This document shows, one piece after another, positions 40,278 to 50,541 of a stretch of DNA of 64,000 nt. Positions within the stretch are counted from its first letter, which is position 1, and each line of letters begins with the position of its first letter. The stretch is from an uncultured delta proteobacterium. GTDB taxonomy: Bacteria > Myxococcota_A > Polyangia > Polyangiales > B10-G4. The stretch spans positions 32,001 through 96,000 of the forward strand of contig CAVSGI010000004.1 in NCBI GenBank assembly GCA_963727445.1. Direction: 5' to 3'. The position numbers and the translations under genes are program-made. Below the pieces are notes generated by a model. It had not been told where the DNA came from. It saw only the letters and a program-made list of their open reading frames with translations, and did no database searches.

Positions 40278-43200
40278 ATGCCTTCGGTCTTCGCCATCGT
40301 CAGCAAGAAGGTCTTCGAGTCGGACGCGGCCGGGCTCGGCCCGGGCGACGTGTGGAAGACCGGCGCCTATCTGAGCACCCACAAGAGCCTGGGCCCCCTC
40401 GAGGAGGGCGGAAACCTGTACCTCGTCACCGTCCGCCCGCCGAACGAAAAGCTCTGGCTCGTCGCCGTCCTCGAATCGCCGAAGAAGAAGAAGGACGGAT
40501 GGCACGCCAAGAGCAACGCCGTGCCGATCACCGACCTCTCGTCCCTCCGTTCGAAGATCGTCTTCTCGACCGGCAAGGGCATGTCGCAGAAGAAGGGGGC
40601 GCTCGGGATGTCGCTTCAGACGCCGCGGGTGCTCGCCGCGGCGGACGAGCAGCTGCTTCAGGCGGCGCTCGGGAGCAAGGTCCAGGCGGCGAAGAAGAAG
40701 GTCGCGAAGAAGACGAAGACGAAAGCCGCGAAGAAGAAAACAGCGAAGGAGTCGAAGATAGCGGCGGCGTCCGCTCCGGCCTCGCAGCCCGACGGTCCGA
40801 TCCACTACAACGAGGAGGCGCGAAAGTACCTCACGCCCCGTAGCGCGGACGATCTGAAGGCGCCCAAGACGACGAAGGCGCTCTGGAAGGCGCTGCGGAA
40901 CACAATCCGCATTCCCACGGACATCGGCGAAAGCCTGCCCGCCATCGCAGGCGCGTTCGCGGTGCTGGCCGATGCCGAGGAGCCTGAGGCGATCGACGCC
41001 GAGGCGTGGGCACAGCTGGTCATGTATGCCGGGGCGTACAACGCCGACAGGACCCTCGGCTATCTCGTCGCGAAGGTAGGCGTGGTCGAGGGACTGAAGA
41101 TCCTCATCCGTGCTCACGACTTCACGCGCCAGCGCGGACGTGTGCCCACCGTGATCCCCGCGACCGATCAGAACCCGCCGAACAACCTGGTGCAGGACGT
41201 GATCTTCCACGGCCTGCTCCGGGCGGACGAGGACACGCGCCGCGAGGCGCTCTTGGTGGCCGAGGAGTCCTATCCCGGCAGTAGCTTTCAACTGAGGCTG
41301 GCGCTCCTCGCGGCCTTCCCCGCGCAGGAGCATTGGGCGAGCGAGCTGGCGAAGGAGTGGCTGGCGTCGAGCTCGCCGCCTTCCTTCGGGCGCGACGCGC
41401 TCCTTCGGAGCGTCACCGATCCGAAGCTCATCGAGCCGATCGTCGCCAAGGCCGGGCTGAACTCGTCGATCATCGACGTGGTGCCGCTCCTCGGCGTGGA
41501 GGCGGTTCCCCTCCTCGAGGCGCTGCTGAGCGAAAAGCGATTTCCCAACGAGCAGAAGGCGCTCTCCCGTGCCCTTGCTTGCATTGCGACGCCCGCGAGC
41601 GCGGCGGCTTTCGCCAAGCACCTGCGCAAGAAGAACGTCAGGCCCTTCGCGACCGAGTTCTACGCGACCCATCCGGAGCTCGCCCCGGCGGCGCTCGGGG
41701 AGCTCGCGAAGAAGCGGACCAAGGTGGGCGCGACCGCGAAGGAGATCCTCGAGCGCGTGCAGCGTTCGCAGAGGATCGCCGCGCGTATCGACAGGGAGAT
41801 CGCGGACGACGCCGACGTACCCGAGATCCTCCGAAACCCGCCCTGGCATTCGACGACGCGACCGAAGCGAAAGAAGCCGAAGGTGATCGAGGGGCTGACG
41901 GTCCCGGAAGGCCCGAGCCACCTCCACTGGCCCGAGTCGTCACGGAAGCGCCGCATCGCGCGCCAGCTCCGGCAGTACTTCACCTTTCAGGATCCGGAGG
42001 CCGCGCGCCGCGAGCTCGAAGAGAAGCTCGAGACAGGCCAGGCTTTCTACGCCCAGGTCTACTACCCGGCGGATCGCCTCCTGCCCCTCCTCGAGAGCGC
42101 CGAGGTGCGGCTGATGTTCGGGTCGAACACGCCGGAGAAGCTGCTCGCGCTCTATGGCGAGCGCGCGCTCCCTGCGGTGCTTCGCAACTTCGAGCGCGAG
42201 CGGCTCCGCGCGACCCGGGAGCTGATCTTTCGACTCGAATCGCCGCGGGTGGCCGCGGGCCTCCTCGGCCACTTCTACGGCGACCGCGGGCGCTTCACGG
42301 CGGTGGCCTGGATCGAGCGTTACCCCGAAGCCGCCATCGCCGGGCTGGTGCCGGCCACCCTCGGGGCCTCGAAGAAGGCGGAGCGAAGCGGTGGCGAGAC
42401 CGCGCTCCGTCATCTTGCGCGCCGAGGTTACGAATCCGCGATCCGTGAGACGGCCGCGAGCTACGGCGAAGAGGCGGAAGCGATCGTCGACGCGCTCCTC
42501 GCGTGGGACGAGCGCTGGGAGTGCCCGAAGAAGCCGCCCAAGATGCCGACCACTTTCCGGCCGGCGGAGCTCAGGCCTCCGAAATTGAAAGACGGCAAGG
42601 CCTTGCCCGAGTGGGCCGTCGAGCGGCTCGGCGAGATGCTGCGCTTCAGTCCGTGTTACCCCGCGTATCCAGGCGTCGCCGAGGTCCGCGAGGCCTGCGA
42701 GCCGAAGAGCCTCGCCGAATTCGCGTGGGACCTCGCCCAGGCGTGGGACACCGACGGGGCGAAGGACAGTCAGATTCTGGATGCTCCACGCCGTCGAGCA
42801 CTTCGGCGACGACGAGGTGGTGCGGCGCCTGACGCCTGCGCTGAGCGGCGAGGGCATCGCCCGCATGCTCGGCCGCATCAACACGGACGCGGCGCTGATG
42901 GAGCTGGCGACCATCATCGCGCGGGTCGAGGGGCAATCGACGCCGAAGTACGCCTATGGGATGGACGACGCGATGCGCGAGGCCGCGGCCTATCGCGGGC
43001 TCGACGCCTTCGAGCTCGAGGAGCAACTGGTGCCGACCTTCGACGTGGATGCGGACGGCGGGGTCGAGCTCGACTTCGGCGCGCGGAGGCTCCGCGTGGC
43101 CTTCGATGCGGGCCTGAGGCCGGTGCTCCAGGACGAAAAGGGTGAGCGCTTGAAGGTGCTGCCCCGCGGCACCAAGGACGACGACGAGGAAAAGGTGAAG

Positions 43201-43893
43201 GCGGCACACGCGCTCTGGACCGACCTCCGAGAGGACGTGTCGGTGATCGCCGCGCGTCGCGGAGCGGGAGCGCGGCAGGCGATGCAGGAGGGACATCGCT
43301 GGTCGATCGATGCCTTCCGGCGCGTCTACCTCGAGCATCCGCTGATGAAGCATCTGTCGCGGGGCATCCTGTGGGAGGCGTACGACCCGAAGGGCGAACG
43401 GCTCGCGACTTTCCGCGTCGCCGAGGACGGGACCTTCGCCGATGTCGAGGACGACGCCGTCGTGCTCGACGAAAAGGTCGCCTCGGTCGGCGTCGCCCAT
43501 CCCTTCGCGATGACCGCCGATGCGCGTCGCGCGTGGCGCGAGATCTTCGACGACTACGAAGTGATCCAGCCCTTCGCGCAGGTGGCCACCGAGCCGCCGG
43601 CGCTGACGAAGGCGCAGCGGGAGAGTCACGCGGTGACCGAGGTGATCGCCATCGCCGACCTCGGCCAGGTCATTCGGGCGCGCGCCGAGCGTGGGTGGTC
43701 GTCGCGGACGATCGAGGCCAGTCGGCTCTTCCCGGACGGATCCTACGGGCTCTTCACGCAGGACTGGAAGTCGAAGGAGATCACCATCCGCGCCGTCGAC
43801 GAGCACGGAGAAGTGCGCAAGCTCGGGGACACGGACGACGTGATCCAGGGCGAGCTGGCGCTGGCGCTGCAGCTCGCGCGAGACGCGGTTTAG
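40278..43893 (+). CDS. DUF4132-domain protein (~1200 aa) with an unrecognised N-terminal domain; frameshift ~42775
   Basis: SLAEFAWDLAQAW, LEEQLVPTFDVDADG...LDFGAR, HPLMKHLSRGILW, VAHP and W.EIFDDYEVIQPFAQ are DUF4132/MolR-like. Two ORFs are joined by a one-base deletion. Confidence 0.8.
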
Positions 43894-44925
43894 TCGTCCA
43901 CGGCGGCATCCGCTGCGCCGATCGTGCGCGGCCGCTCGGGCAATGCGTGCTGCAGGAGCCGCATGACCAGCTCGGTCTCGTCTTCTTGGACCTTCGTCCA
44001 GGCGGCGCGCACCGCGTCGAGGTCGGCGTCTTGCGATGCGCTCGTGCTCAGATTCGACAGCAAGGCGGCCGCGTCCTCGTCCTCCAGGAGCGCATCCACC
44101 AGCGCGTCGAGGGCCGTGGGGCTCGTCTCGCTCTTGGCAGTCGACGCGAGGATCTGCCGTTCGAGCGCTGGCATCTCTTCGGTCGGCTCGACCTCCGCTT
44201 CGAGCGCGACCTCGAAGCCGGGGGTGGTCTTGGGGAGCTTGCCACCGCCCCGCCCCCACGCCTTGTAGCGTCCGATGGACAGCGCGATCTCGTCCGTCGC
44301 GGCGAGCCCGATGACGGTCATGGCGACGAGCAGGGCCAGGCGCACCGTCGGGCGTCGTCGGATCGACGAGGAGCCCGTCGTTCTTGGAGTCGCGACGTAG
44401 CCACGAGACGAGGGTGGCGTCGAGGAGCTCCGACAGCTCGTCGCCGAGCGCGACGGCGACGGCGCTGCTCAAGCTCTTGGCGCCGCCGAGCTCTTCGCTC
44501 ATCACGACGGGCTCGTACTTGAGCGACTCGCCGAAGGCGTAGTGGAGCTGGTCGCCTATGAAGACCACGAGCGCGCGGTCGCGCGCGTCTCTGGAGCGCG
44601 CGCGGTAGCGCTTCTTGCGAAGCTCTTCGAAGAGCGCCTTGCCGCCGAAGCTCAGCATGAGGAGGGCTATCAAGCCCGGTATGGCGGCGCCCACGTAGAG
44701 ATAGATCGGATTTTCGGGCGGACGCACCAGGAAGTAGATCGCCAGCAGCGCCGCGGCGAGCCCGACCAAGACGGGGAAGAGGCGGATGTGCTCGAGGCGC
44801 TTGTCGGCCGCGTAGTCGAACCAATCCACCTCGCGGTCGTAACCGCAACCTTTGCCGCGCGGGTGGTCCTTGCCGCAGCCGATGCAGAGGCTGGTCTTCG
44901 GGGGCGTGACCGGATTGGGGGCCAT
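43890..44925 (-). CDS. Hypothetical membrane protein with an N-terminal Cys/His knuckle; frameshift ~44347
   Basis: CIGCGKDHPRGKGC followed by two TM helices. The C-terminus continues in the 43890..44345 frame. Confidence 0.6.
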
Positions 44926-44981
44926 CAGGGTCAGGTAGTACCGTCTCCGAAGGCTGCTGCATAGGCGCTATGCTCCGCGCC

Positions 44982-46400
44982 ATGCGAACCGCGGCCGAAT
45001 ACGTCGAGAGCCTCAGAGCCCGCAACCTGCGCCTCTTCGTCGACGGAGAGCACGTGGCCGATCCGGTCGACCATCCGAAGATCCGGCCGGCGGTGAACGC
45101 GGTCGCGGCGACCTACGCGCTCGCGCACGACGAGCGCACGCGCGCCCTCGCGACCGCGTCGTCCGATCTGGTCGCCGGTCCGGTGAACCGTTTCACCGCG
45201 CTCTTCCGCGCGCCCGAGGATCTGGTGAAGAAGCTCGAGCTCCAGCGCGTCCTCGGGCGGCTCACCGGCACGTGTTTTCAGCGCTGCGTGGGGCTCGACG
45301 GGATCAACGCGCTCTTCATCGCCACCCACGACGCGGGGCCCGAGGCCCACGCCCGCTTCGTGGCGTGGCTCCGCGGTGTGCAGCAGCGCGACGAGATGCT
45401 CAACGGGGCGATGACCGACCCGAAAGGGGACCGCAGCAAGCGGCCGCCGGAGCAGCCCGAGCAGTACCTGCGCGTGGTGGAGCGGCGCGAGGACGGGATC
45501 GTGATCCGCGGCGCCAAGCTGCACCAGACGGGCGCCGCGAACAGCCATCAGATCCTGGTGATGCCAGGCCAGGCGCTGCGCGAGGGCGAGGAGGACTTCG
45601 CGGTCGCGTGCGCGCTGCCGGTCGACGCGCCCGGGGTGACGATGGTGCTCGGGCGTCAGCCCTCGGACGACCGGCGCGGCGGCCCGGATGCGGGCAACGC
45701 GCGCTTCGGCGGGCAGGAGTGTGTCGTCCTCTTCGAGGATGTCTTCGTTCCGACGGAGCGCGTCTTCCTCGACGGGGACGTCGCGTCTTGTTCGACGCTG
45801 GTGGAGGCCTTCGCGGGTTTTCATCGCGCGAGCTACGGCGGGTGCAAGCCGGGCAACCTCGACGTGCTCATCGGCGCCACTGATCTCATCACCCGCGCCC
45901 ACGGCGTGCGCCGCGCGTCGCACGTGCGGGACAAGCTGGTCGAGATGGCGCACCTCACGGAGACCATCCACGGCCTCGGCCTCGCGGCGTCGAGCAAGTC
46001 GACGCGTCACGCCTCCGGCATCCATCAGGTCGACCCCGTCCTCGCCAACGTCTGCAAGCATCACGTGACCGAGCTTCCGTACGAGATCGTGCGCCTCGCC
46101 GAGGATCTCGCGGGAGGATCCCTGTCGACGCTGCCTTCACTCGCCGACCTCGATCATCCGGAGATCGGCGAAGCGCTCCGCACCGTTGCCGGAAGCGAGG
46201 AGCGCGCGCGACTGCTCCGCTTCGTCGAGTCGCTCACCTACGGCGCCGGCTCGGTGCCCTTCCGCATCGAGTGCATGCACGGCGCCGGCTCGCCTCAGGC
46301 GCAGCGTGTGGTCCTCGAGCGCACCGTGGACTGGGAGGCGAAGGTGGCGCGCGCCCGGGTGCTCGCGGGGCTCGACGAGGACGAGGAGCTGGACGTCTGA
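44982..46400 (+). CDS. abfD: 4-hydroxybutyryl-CoA dehydratase / vinylacetyl-CoA delta-isomerase
   Basis: [4Fe-4S] ligand motifs CFQRCVG and HRASYGGCK, plus GAMTDPKGDRS, GAKLHQTG, FGGQE and ECMHGAGSPQAQR. Confidence 0.9.
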   Translation: MRTAAEYVESLRARNLRLFVDGEHVADPVDHPKIRPAVNAVAATYALAHDERTRALATASSDLVAGPVNRFTALFRAPEDLVKKLELQRVLGRLTGTCFQRCVGLDGINALFIATHDAGPEAHARFVAWLRGVQQRDEMLNGAMTDPKGDRSKRPPEQPEQYLRVVERREDGIVIRGAKLHQTGAANSHQILVMPGQALREGEEDFAVACALPVDAPGVTMVLGRQPSDDRRGGPDAGNARFGGQECVVLFEDVFVPTERVFLDGDVASCSTLVEAFAGFHRASYGGCKPGNLDVLIGATDLITRAHGVRRASHVRDKLVEMAHLTETIHGLGLAASSKSTRHASGIHQVDPVLANVCKHHVTELPYEIVRLAEDLAGGSLSTLPSLADLDHPEIGEALRTVAGSEERARLLRFVESLTYGAGSVPFRIECMHGAGSPQAQRVVLERTVDWEAKVARARVLAGLDEDEELDV

Positions 46401-46401
46401 G

Positions 46402-46827
46402 TCAAAGCGCGATCCGTTTGCCGTCGAGGAGCGGGCGAACGAGATCCTGGCTGCGACGGATCTCGGCGAGCGGCGTCACGTCGTCGTCGGTGGCGCCGTC
46501 GGGAGCGAGACGCATCTCGAGGGTGCAGAGGTGGATGCGCACCACGTCGCCGAGCGTCGCGGTCGGCCGACGTTCGACGGTGCGCACGAGGAGCCTCGAC
46601 TCCAGGCCCTCGTCTCGGAGCACGCGCAGGTGTCCTCGGAGCGCGCGCGGGTCGAGGCCGGCCGCGAGATCGAGCTCGACGGCGCGGATGGGGCCTCGGT
46701 TGCCGAGCCTGAGGACCTGATAGTCGACCCAGTCGATGGCCGCCATCGAGAGGAGCACCGCGCCGCCGGTTGCCAGCACCAGGAACGCGACGTCGGCGAC
46801 GCGCTGTTTTCGATCCTCCACGGTCAT
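46402..46827 (-). CDS. Hypothetical protein (possible winged-helix-like segment)
   Basis: MTVEDRKQRVADVAF...ELDLAAGLDPRALRGHLRVLRDEGLE with good codon bias. Confidence 0.45.
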   Translation of the reverse strand: MTVEDRKQRVADVAFLVLATGGAVLLSMAAIDWVDYQVLRLGNRGPIRAVELDLAAGLDPRALRGHLRVLRDEGLESRLLVRTVERRPTATLGDVVRIHLCTLEMRLAPDGATDDDVTPLAEIRRSQDLVRPLLDGKRIAL

Positions 46828-46873
46828 GGGACAGCGCTGCGAACCGTGGGTTCCCCCGCGCGCGGCCAGCGAA

Positions 46874-48440
46874 TCATTCGAGACGCACGGCCAGCGCCCG
46901 GAACGCGGAGCCTGGGGGCGGATTGGAGCGGCTGGCGCCCGCCGGGAGCGTTCCGTCGAGCGTGCGAAGCACGATGCAGCCTGCACCGCCGCCGCCGCCG
47001 CCGCCGTTCGCGTAGTTGCCCGAGGGGTCGCCGCCGCCCTGTTGGCCCTCGAGGGCTCGGAGGCCGCCCCCGCTCCCGCCGTCAGCGGCGTAGTTCCCAC
47101 CGCCCCGCATCCCGCCCGCGGCGTCGAGCTCTCCGCCATCCGCGCCGTCCATGCCGTTTCCGCTGCTGCCGGCGCTTCCTCCTCCGCCGCCGCCGCTCGC
47201 TCCGAGCACGCCTTCGAGCTCTATGGTCCGGGCTTCGAGGAGGATGGCGCCGCCGCTTCCGCCGCCCCCGCCGGCCGGGATGTTCGCGCCCGAGCCCCCA
47301 GCGACACCTCCCTCACCGCCGCCGCCGCCCGCGAGGATGCTGCCCCGAATGACGATGCTCTCTTGCGCGGTGATTCTGAATCGCCCCGCCGCCGGCGCCG
47401 CCGGTCGGCCCGATCGTCTCGCCTCCGCGCACGCCACCGCCGCCGCTGCCGCCGACGAGAGGGGTGAGCTCTGTCGGCGTGGCGAACATGCGTCCGCCGG
47501 GTCCGCCGCTCACCATCGCGCCGCCCTGGCCACCGTCGCCGCCCGGGCCGCAGAGACCGCCGCCCCCGCCGCCGCCATCTTCGTAGCCACCGGTGTCCTG
47601 GCCGCGTCCGCCGGGGTAGGGGCCGCCCGCCGGCTCGTCGGTGCCGCCGTTGATCCGGCCGGCGCGCCCGCCGCCCGGGCCGGGCACGTCTCGGCGCGCG
47701 CCCGCGTCGATCACTCCGTCGACCATGACCGTGCCCTCGGCGAGGATGACCAGAGGCAGAGCGCCCTGCACCGTGAGGGTGACGCCGCCGCCGACCGTGA
47801 GATCACCGACACTCACGACGCACACCGGGCTGTCGTCGCTGAGCATCGCGACCGAAGCGTCGCCGAGGACGCCCGTGGGGCAGTCGGAGGTGTGGTAGGT
47901 CTGCGAGGAGGTGAGCGTCACGTCCATGCCGGGCACGGCGGGCGGTGGGACGTTCGAGGGGACGATGCGCATGCACGACGCATCGCTCGCACATCCGCCG
48001 TCGGCGACGCCGCCGTCGTCGGACGTGACGCATCGGCCGTTGACGCAGACGCGATCGGTGTCGCAGACGTCGGTCGACGGAGTCGCGAGCAGCACGGTTT
48101 CGACCTGCGAGCCGTCGACGAGAGGAAGAGTCACGGGCGTGCAGCCCTCGGCGGTCACTTCGCAGCGGAAGTTTCGCGCGAGGGCGGCGAAGGCATAGGG
48201 GCCCGGTGGGAGCGAGGAGGGCATCGGACCCGGGGCGAGTGCTTCGAAGCTCGCCTCGAAGAGAACGTCGCTCGAGGTGCAGCCGCCGGCGAGGACGCGC
48301 GCTTCGATGCCGCGGGCCTGAGAGGCGATCATCGGATCGGCGAAGCTGACGACCCACGACAGATCGCGATCGCGCGTGCTGCATCCCGTCAGAACGGCGC
48401 ACAGGGCGAGCAGTCCGACGAGGGTGCGGCGGGGGATCAC
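46874..48440 (-). CDS. Gly-rich secreted lipoprotein; frameshift ~47375
   Basis: Lipobox LTGC and repeated GGGGGSGGAI.L.A units. Deleting one base gives GGGAIQITAQESIVIRG and joins the two ORFs. Confidence 0.78.
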
Positions 48441-48491
48441 AGCAGCGAGTCTAACCGCCGCGGAGAAAGTTCGCTCCGCTAGGTAGCGCCG

Positions 48492-48513
48492 GCGCTTTCC
48501 CCGGGGAAAGTGC
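48492..48513. repeat. REP-like palindrome GCGCTTTCCCCGGGGAAAGTGC
   Basis: Perfect 16-bp palindrome core at 48495-48510, intergenic. Confidence 0.85.
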
Positions 48514-48779
48514 GGAGGCTCAGTCGGCTGGGATCGCGTCGAGTCGGAGCACGTCCATCGGTCTCATGGCGTGCATTCCGGCGCGGCCGCCCGATAGCCA
48601 ATGCCGTTCCAGATGAAGATCTGGCGAACCGCTTCCGCGAGGTTTTCGGGTGGCCCGAGGCTTACTGGTTTCTGGCGACTGGTGTGTGGGTGGAGCGGGT
48701 GATCGTTGGTGCCTTTGGCGACCACGAAGGACGGGGATGATCGCGAGGTGAGCGCGCAGACCGGGAGCTCGCGCCGCGT

Positions 48780-48801
48780 GCACATTCCCCGGGGAAAGTG
48801 C
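48780..48801. repeat. REP-like palindrome GCACATTCCCCGGGGAAAGTGC
   Basis: 22-bp palindrome with one mismatch, about 45 bp upstream of the HNH gene start. Confidence 0.85.
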
Positions 48802-48844
48802 TCCGCTTCTGTCAGTCCGCGCGTCGCGCATGCGTCTTCATCGT

Positions 48845-50146
48845 ATGAACACTCTTCGCGCGCTCGCTGATGACGCTCTTCTCTCTCGCTTCGCCGCCGA
48901 GGTCGCTCGGGACTTTCGACGCACGGAGGTGACGCTGCGGATGATCGAGGAGATCGATCGGCGGATGCTCTGGGCTTCGCTCGGGTACGCGTCGATGTTC
49001 GCGCTCTGCGTGGAGCGCTTCGGGATGTCGGAGTCGATGGCGGGCAAGCGCATCGGGGTGGCGCGGCTCGCGCGGCGCTTTCCGGTGATCTTCGAGAGGG
49101 TGGGGCGGGGCGAGCTCTTCGTGAGCGGCGTGCTCTGCTTGAAGCCGTATCTCGACGAGGACAATCACGTGCGCGTGCTCGAGGCGGCGCGGGGCAAGAG
49201 CCGGCGGGCGATCGAGAAGCTGGTGGCGGAGCTCTTTCCGCGACAGGACGTCGCTTCGACTTTGCGCGCGCTTCCCAGGTCCTCGCTTTCGAAGGGAGTG
49301 GAGGCGCCGGCGCTCGTCGCGTCCGCTTCCGACTCGCCGCCCCGCGAGCTCACTGACGGACCCGTGAGAACGCCCTTGCCTGCGCCGAAACCTTGGCGCG
49401 CGCCCACTGACGGACCCGTGAAAACGACCTCGCCCACGCCGAGGCCCGCGCGCGCTCCCGATCCGGCGCCCCTAGCGCCCCGCCGCTACAAGCTGACGGT
49501 GACCATCGACGAAGAGACGCACGGCGAGCTCGCGCAGCTTCAGGATCTTCTCGCGCATCAGATCCCGGATGGGGATCCGGCGGCGATCGTGAAGAAGGCG
49601 TTCTCCCTGCTCCTCGGGGAGACGCTGAAGAAGAAGGCGGCGATCACCGACGCGCCTCGCGCGGGGCGCACGCGGGCGAAGAAGCGGACGCGCGCGATCC
49701 CGGCCGCCATCCGTCGCGCGGTGTGGAAGCGCGACGGCGGCAAGTGCACCTTCGTGGGCGAAGGCGGCAAGGTGTGTGGTGCGACGCGAAAGCTCGAATA
49801 TGCGCACCTCGAGCCGTGGGGGATGGGCGGCGAGCACGCGGTGGAGACGATGGCGCTTCGCTGTCGCGGCCATAACGCGTACGAAGCGGTGCGCGACTAC
49901 GGCGCTCCGCTCATCGAACGCAAGCGACGCGAGCGCGGCGTGCGGGAGCAGGCGGCGGTCTACGGACGAGCGCCGGCTGATTCATGCCCCCCGCGCACGG
50001 TCGTGCTTTCCCCGGGGAAAGCTGCCCCCCCGACACGCTTCCGCTTCGCGCCTCGGTCACCCCCAGACGAAAAGGAGCGACCGACCGTCCGAAGACCGGG
50101 AGTGGGGCGTGCTCACGCGCACGATGTACATCGATCTCCACCATGA
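48845..50146 (+). CDS. HNH endonuclease-family protein (helical N-terminal domain plus C-terminal HNH)
   Basis: EIDRRMLWASLGYASMFALCVERFGMSE..AGKRI N-terminal domain; RAIPAAIRRAVWKRDGGKC.F.......C...LEYAH..PWGMGG.H....LRCRGHN C-terminal domain. Confidence 0.85.
   Translation: MNTLRALADDALLSRFAAEVARDFRRTEVTLRMIEEIDRRMLWASLGYASMFALCVERFGMSESMAGKRIGVARLARRFPVIFERVGRGELFVSGVLCLKPYLDEDNHVRVLEAARGKSRRAIEKLVAELFPRQDVASTLRALPRSSLSKGVEAPALVASASDSPPRELTDGPVRTPLPAPKPWRAPTDGPVKTTSPTPRPARAPDPAPLAPRRYKLTVTIDEETHGELAQLQDLLAHQIPDGDPAAIVKKAFSLLLGETLKKKAAITDAPRAGRTRAKKRTRAIPAAIRRAVWKRDGGKCTFVGEGGKVCGATRKLEYAHLEPWGMGGEHAVETMALRCRGHNAYEAVRDYGAPLIERKRRERGVREQAAVYGRAPADSCPPRTVVLSPGKAAPPTRFRFAPRSPPDEKERPTVRRPGVGRAHAHDVHRSPP
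50005..50022. repeat. REP-like palindrome GCTTTCCCCGGGGAAAGC
   Basis: Perfect 18-bp palindrome in the low-complexity 3' tail of the HNH ORF. Confidence 0.85.
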
Positions 50147-50541
50147 CCTCGCCCACCCAGGTCCGCGGTGTCTGGAGTCTCACGGCCGCGATTCTCTCGC
50201 TCGTGACTCTTTCGGGACCGAGGGTGAGCGTGGGGACGTGCGTCGGACTGACGTTCCGATGATCTCGCTATCCGTCGGAGGAATACTTGGCGGAGTGCAG
50301 ATGCGATCGGAGAGCGCCTGGACCTCGCCGGTCGTCGGTGTCGAGGACGCGCGCGCACTGCCGCGGCGGAACGCAACCGCCTGCGTCAAAGGACGGCGAC
50401 ACGGTCGGATCGCATCTCGACGCATACGCCTCCGCGGCCGAGGGGCCCCTTCGACGGGGAGACGCTTGGACGGCCGCTTCGTGGCGGGCTGCGCGCTGCG
50501 AGGCGCGGTGAGGTGCGGAGGGCCGGTGGCCGCGCGCGCCC

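Noticed and set aside
44982..46400. 4-hydroxyphenylacetate 3-monooxygenase (HpaB) annotation
   Set aside because: Same superfamily, but the CFQRC and HxxxYGGCK Fe-S ligand motifs point to 4-hydroxybutyryl-CoA dehydratase, and no flavin reductase is adjacent.
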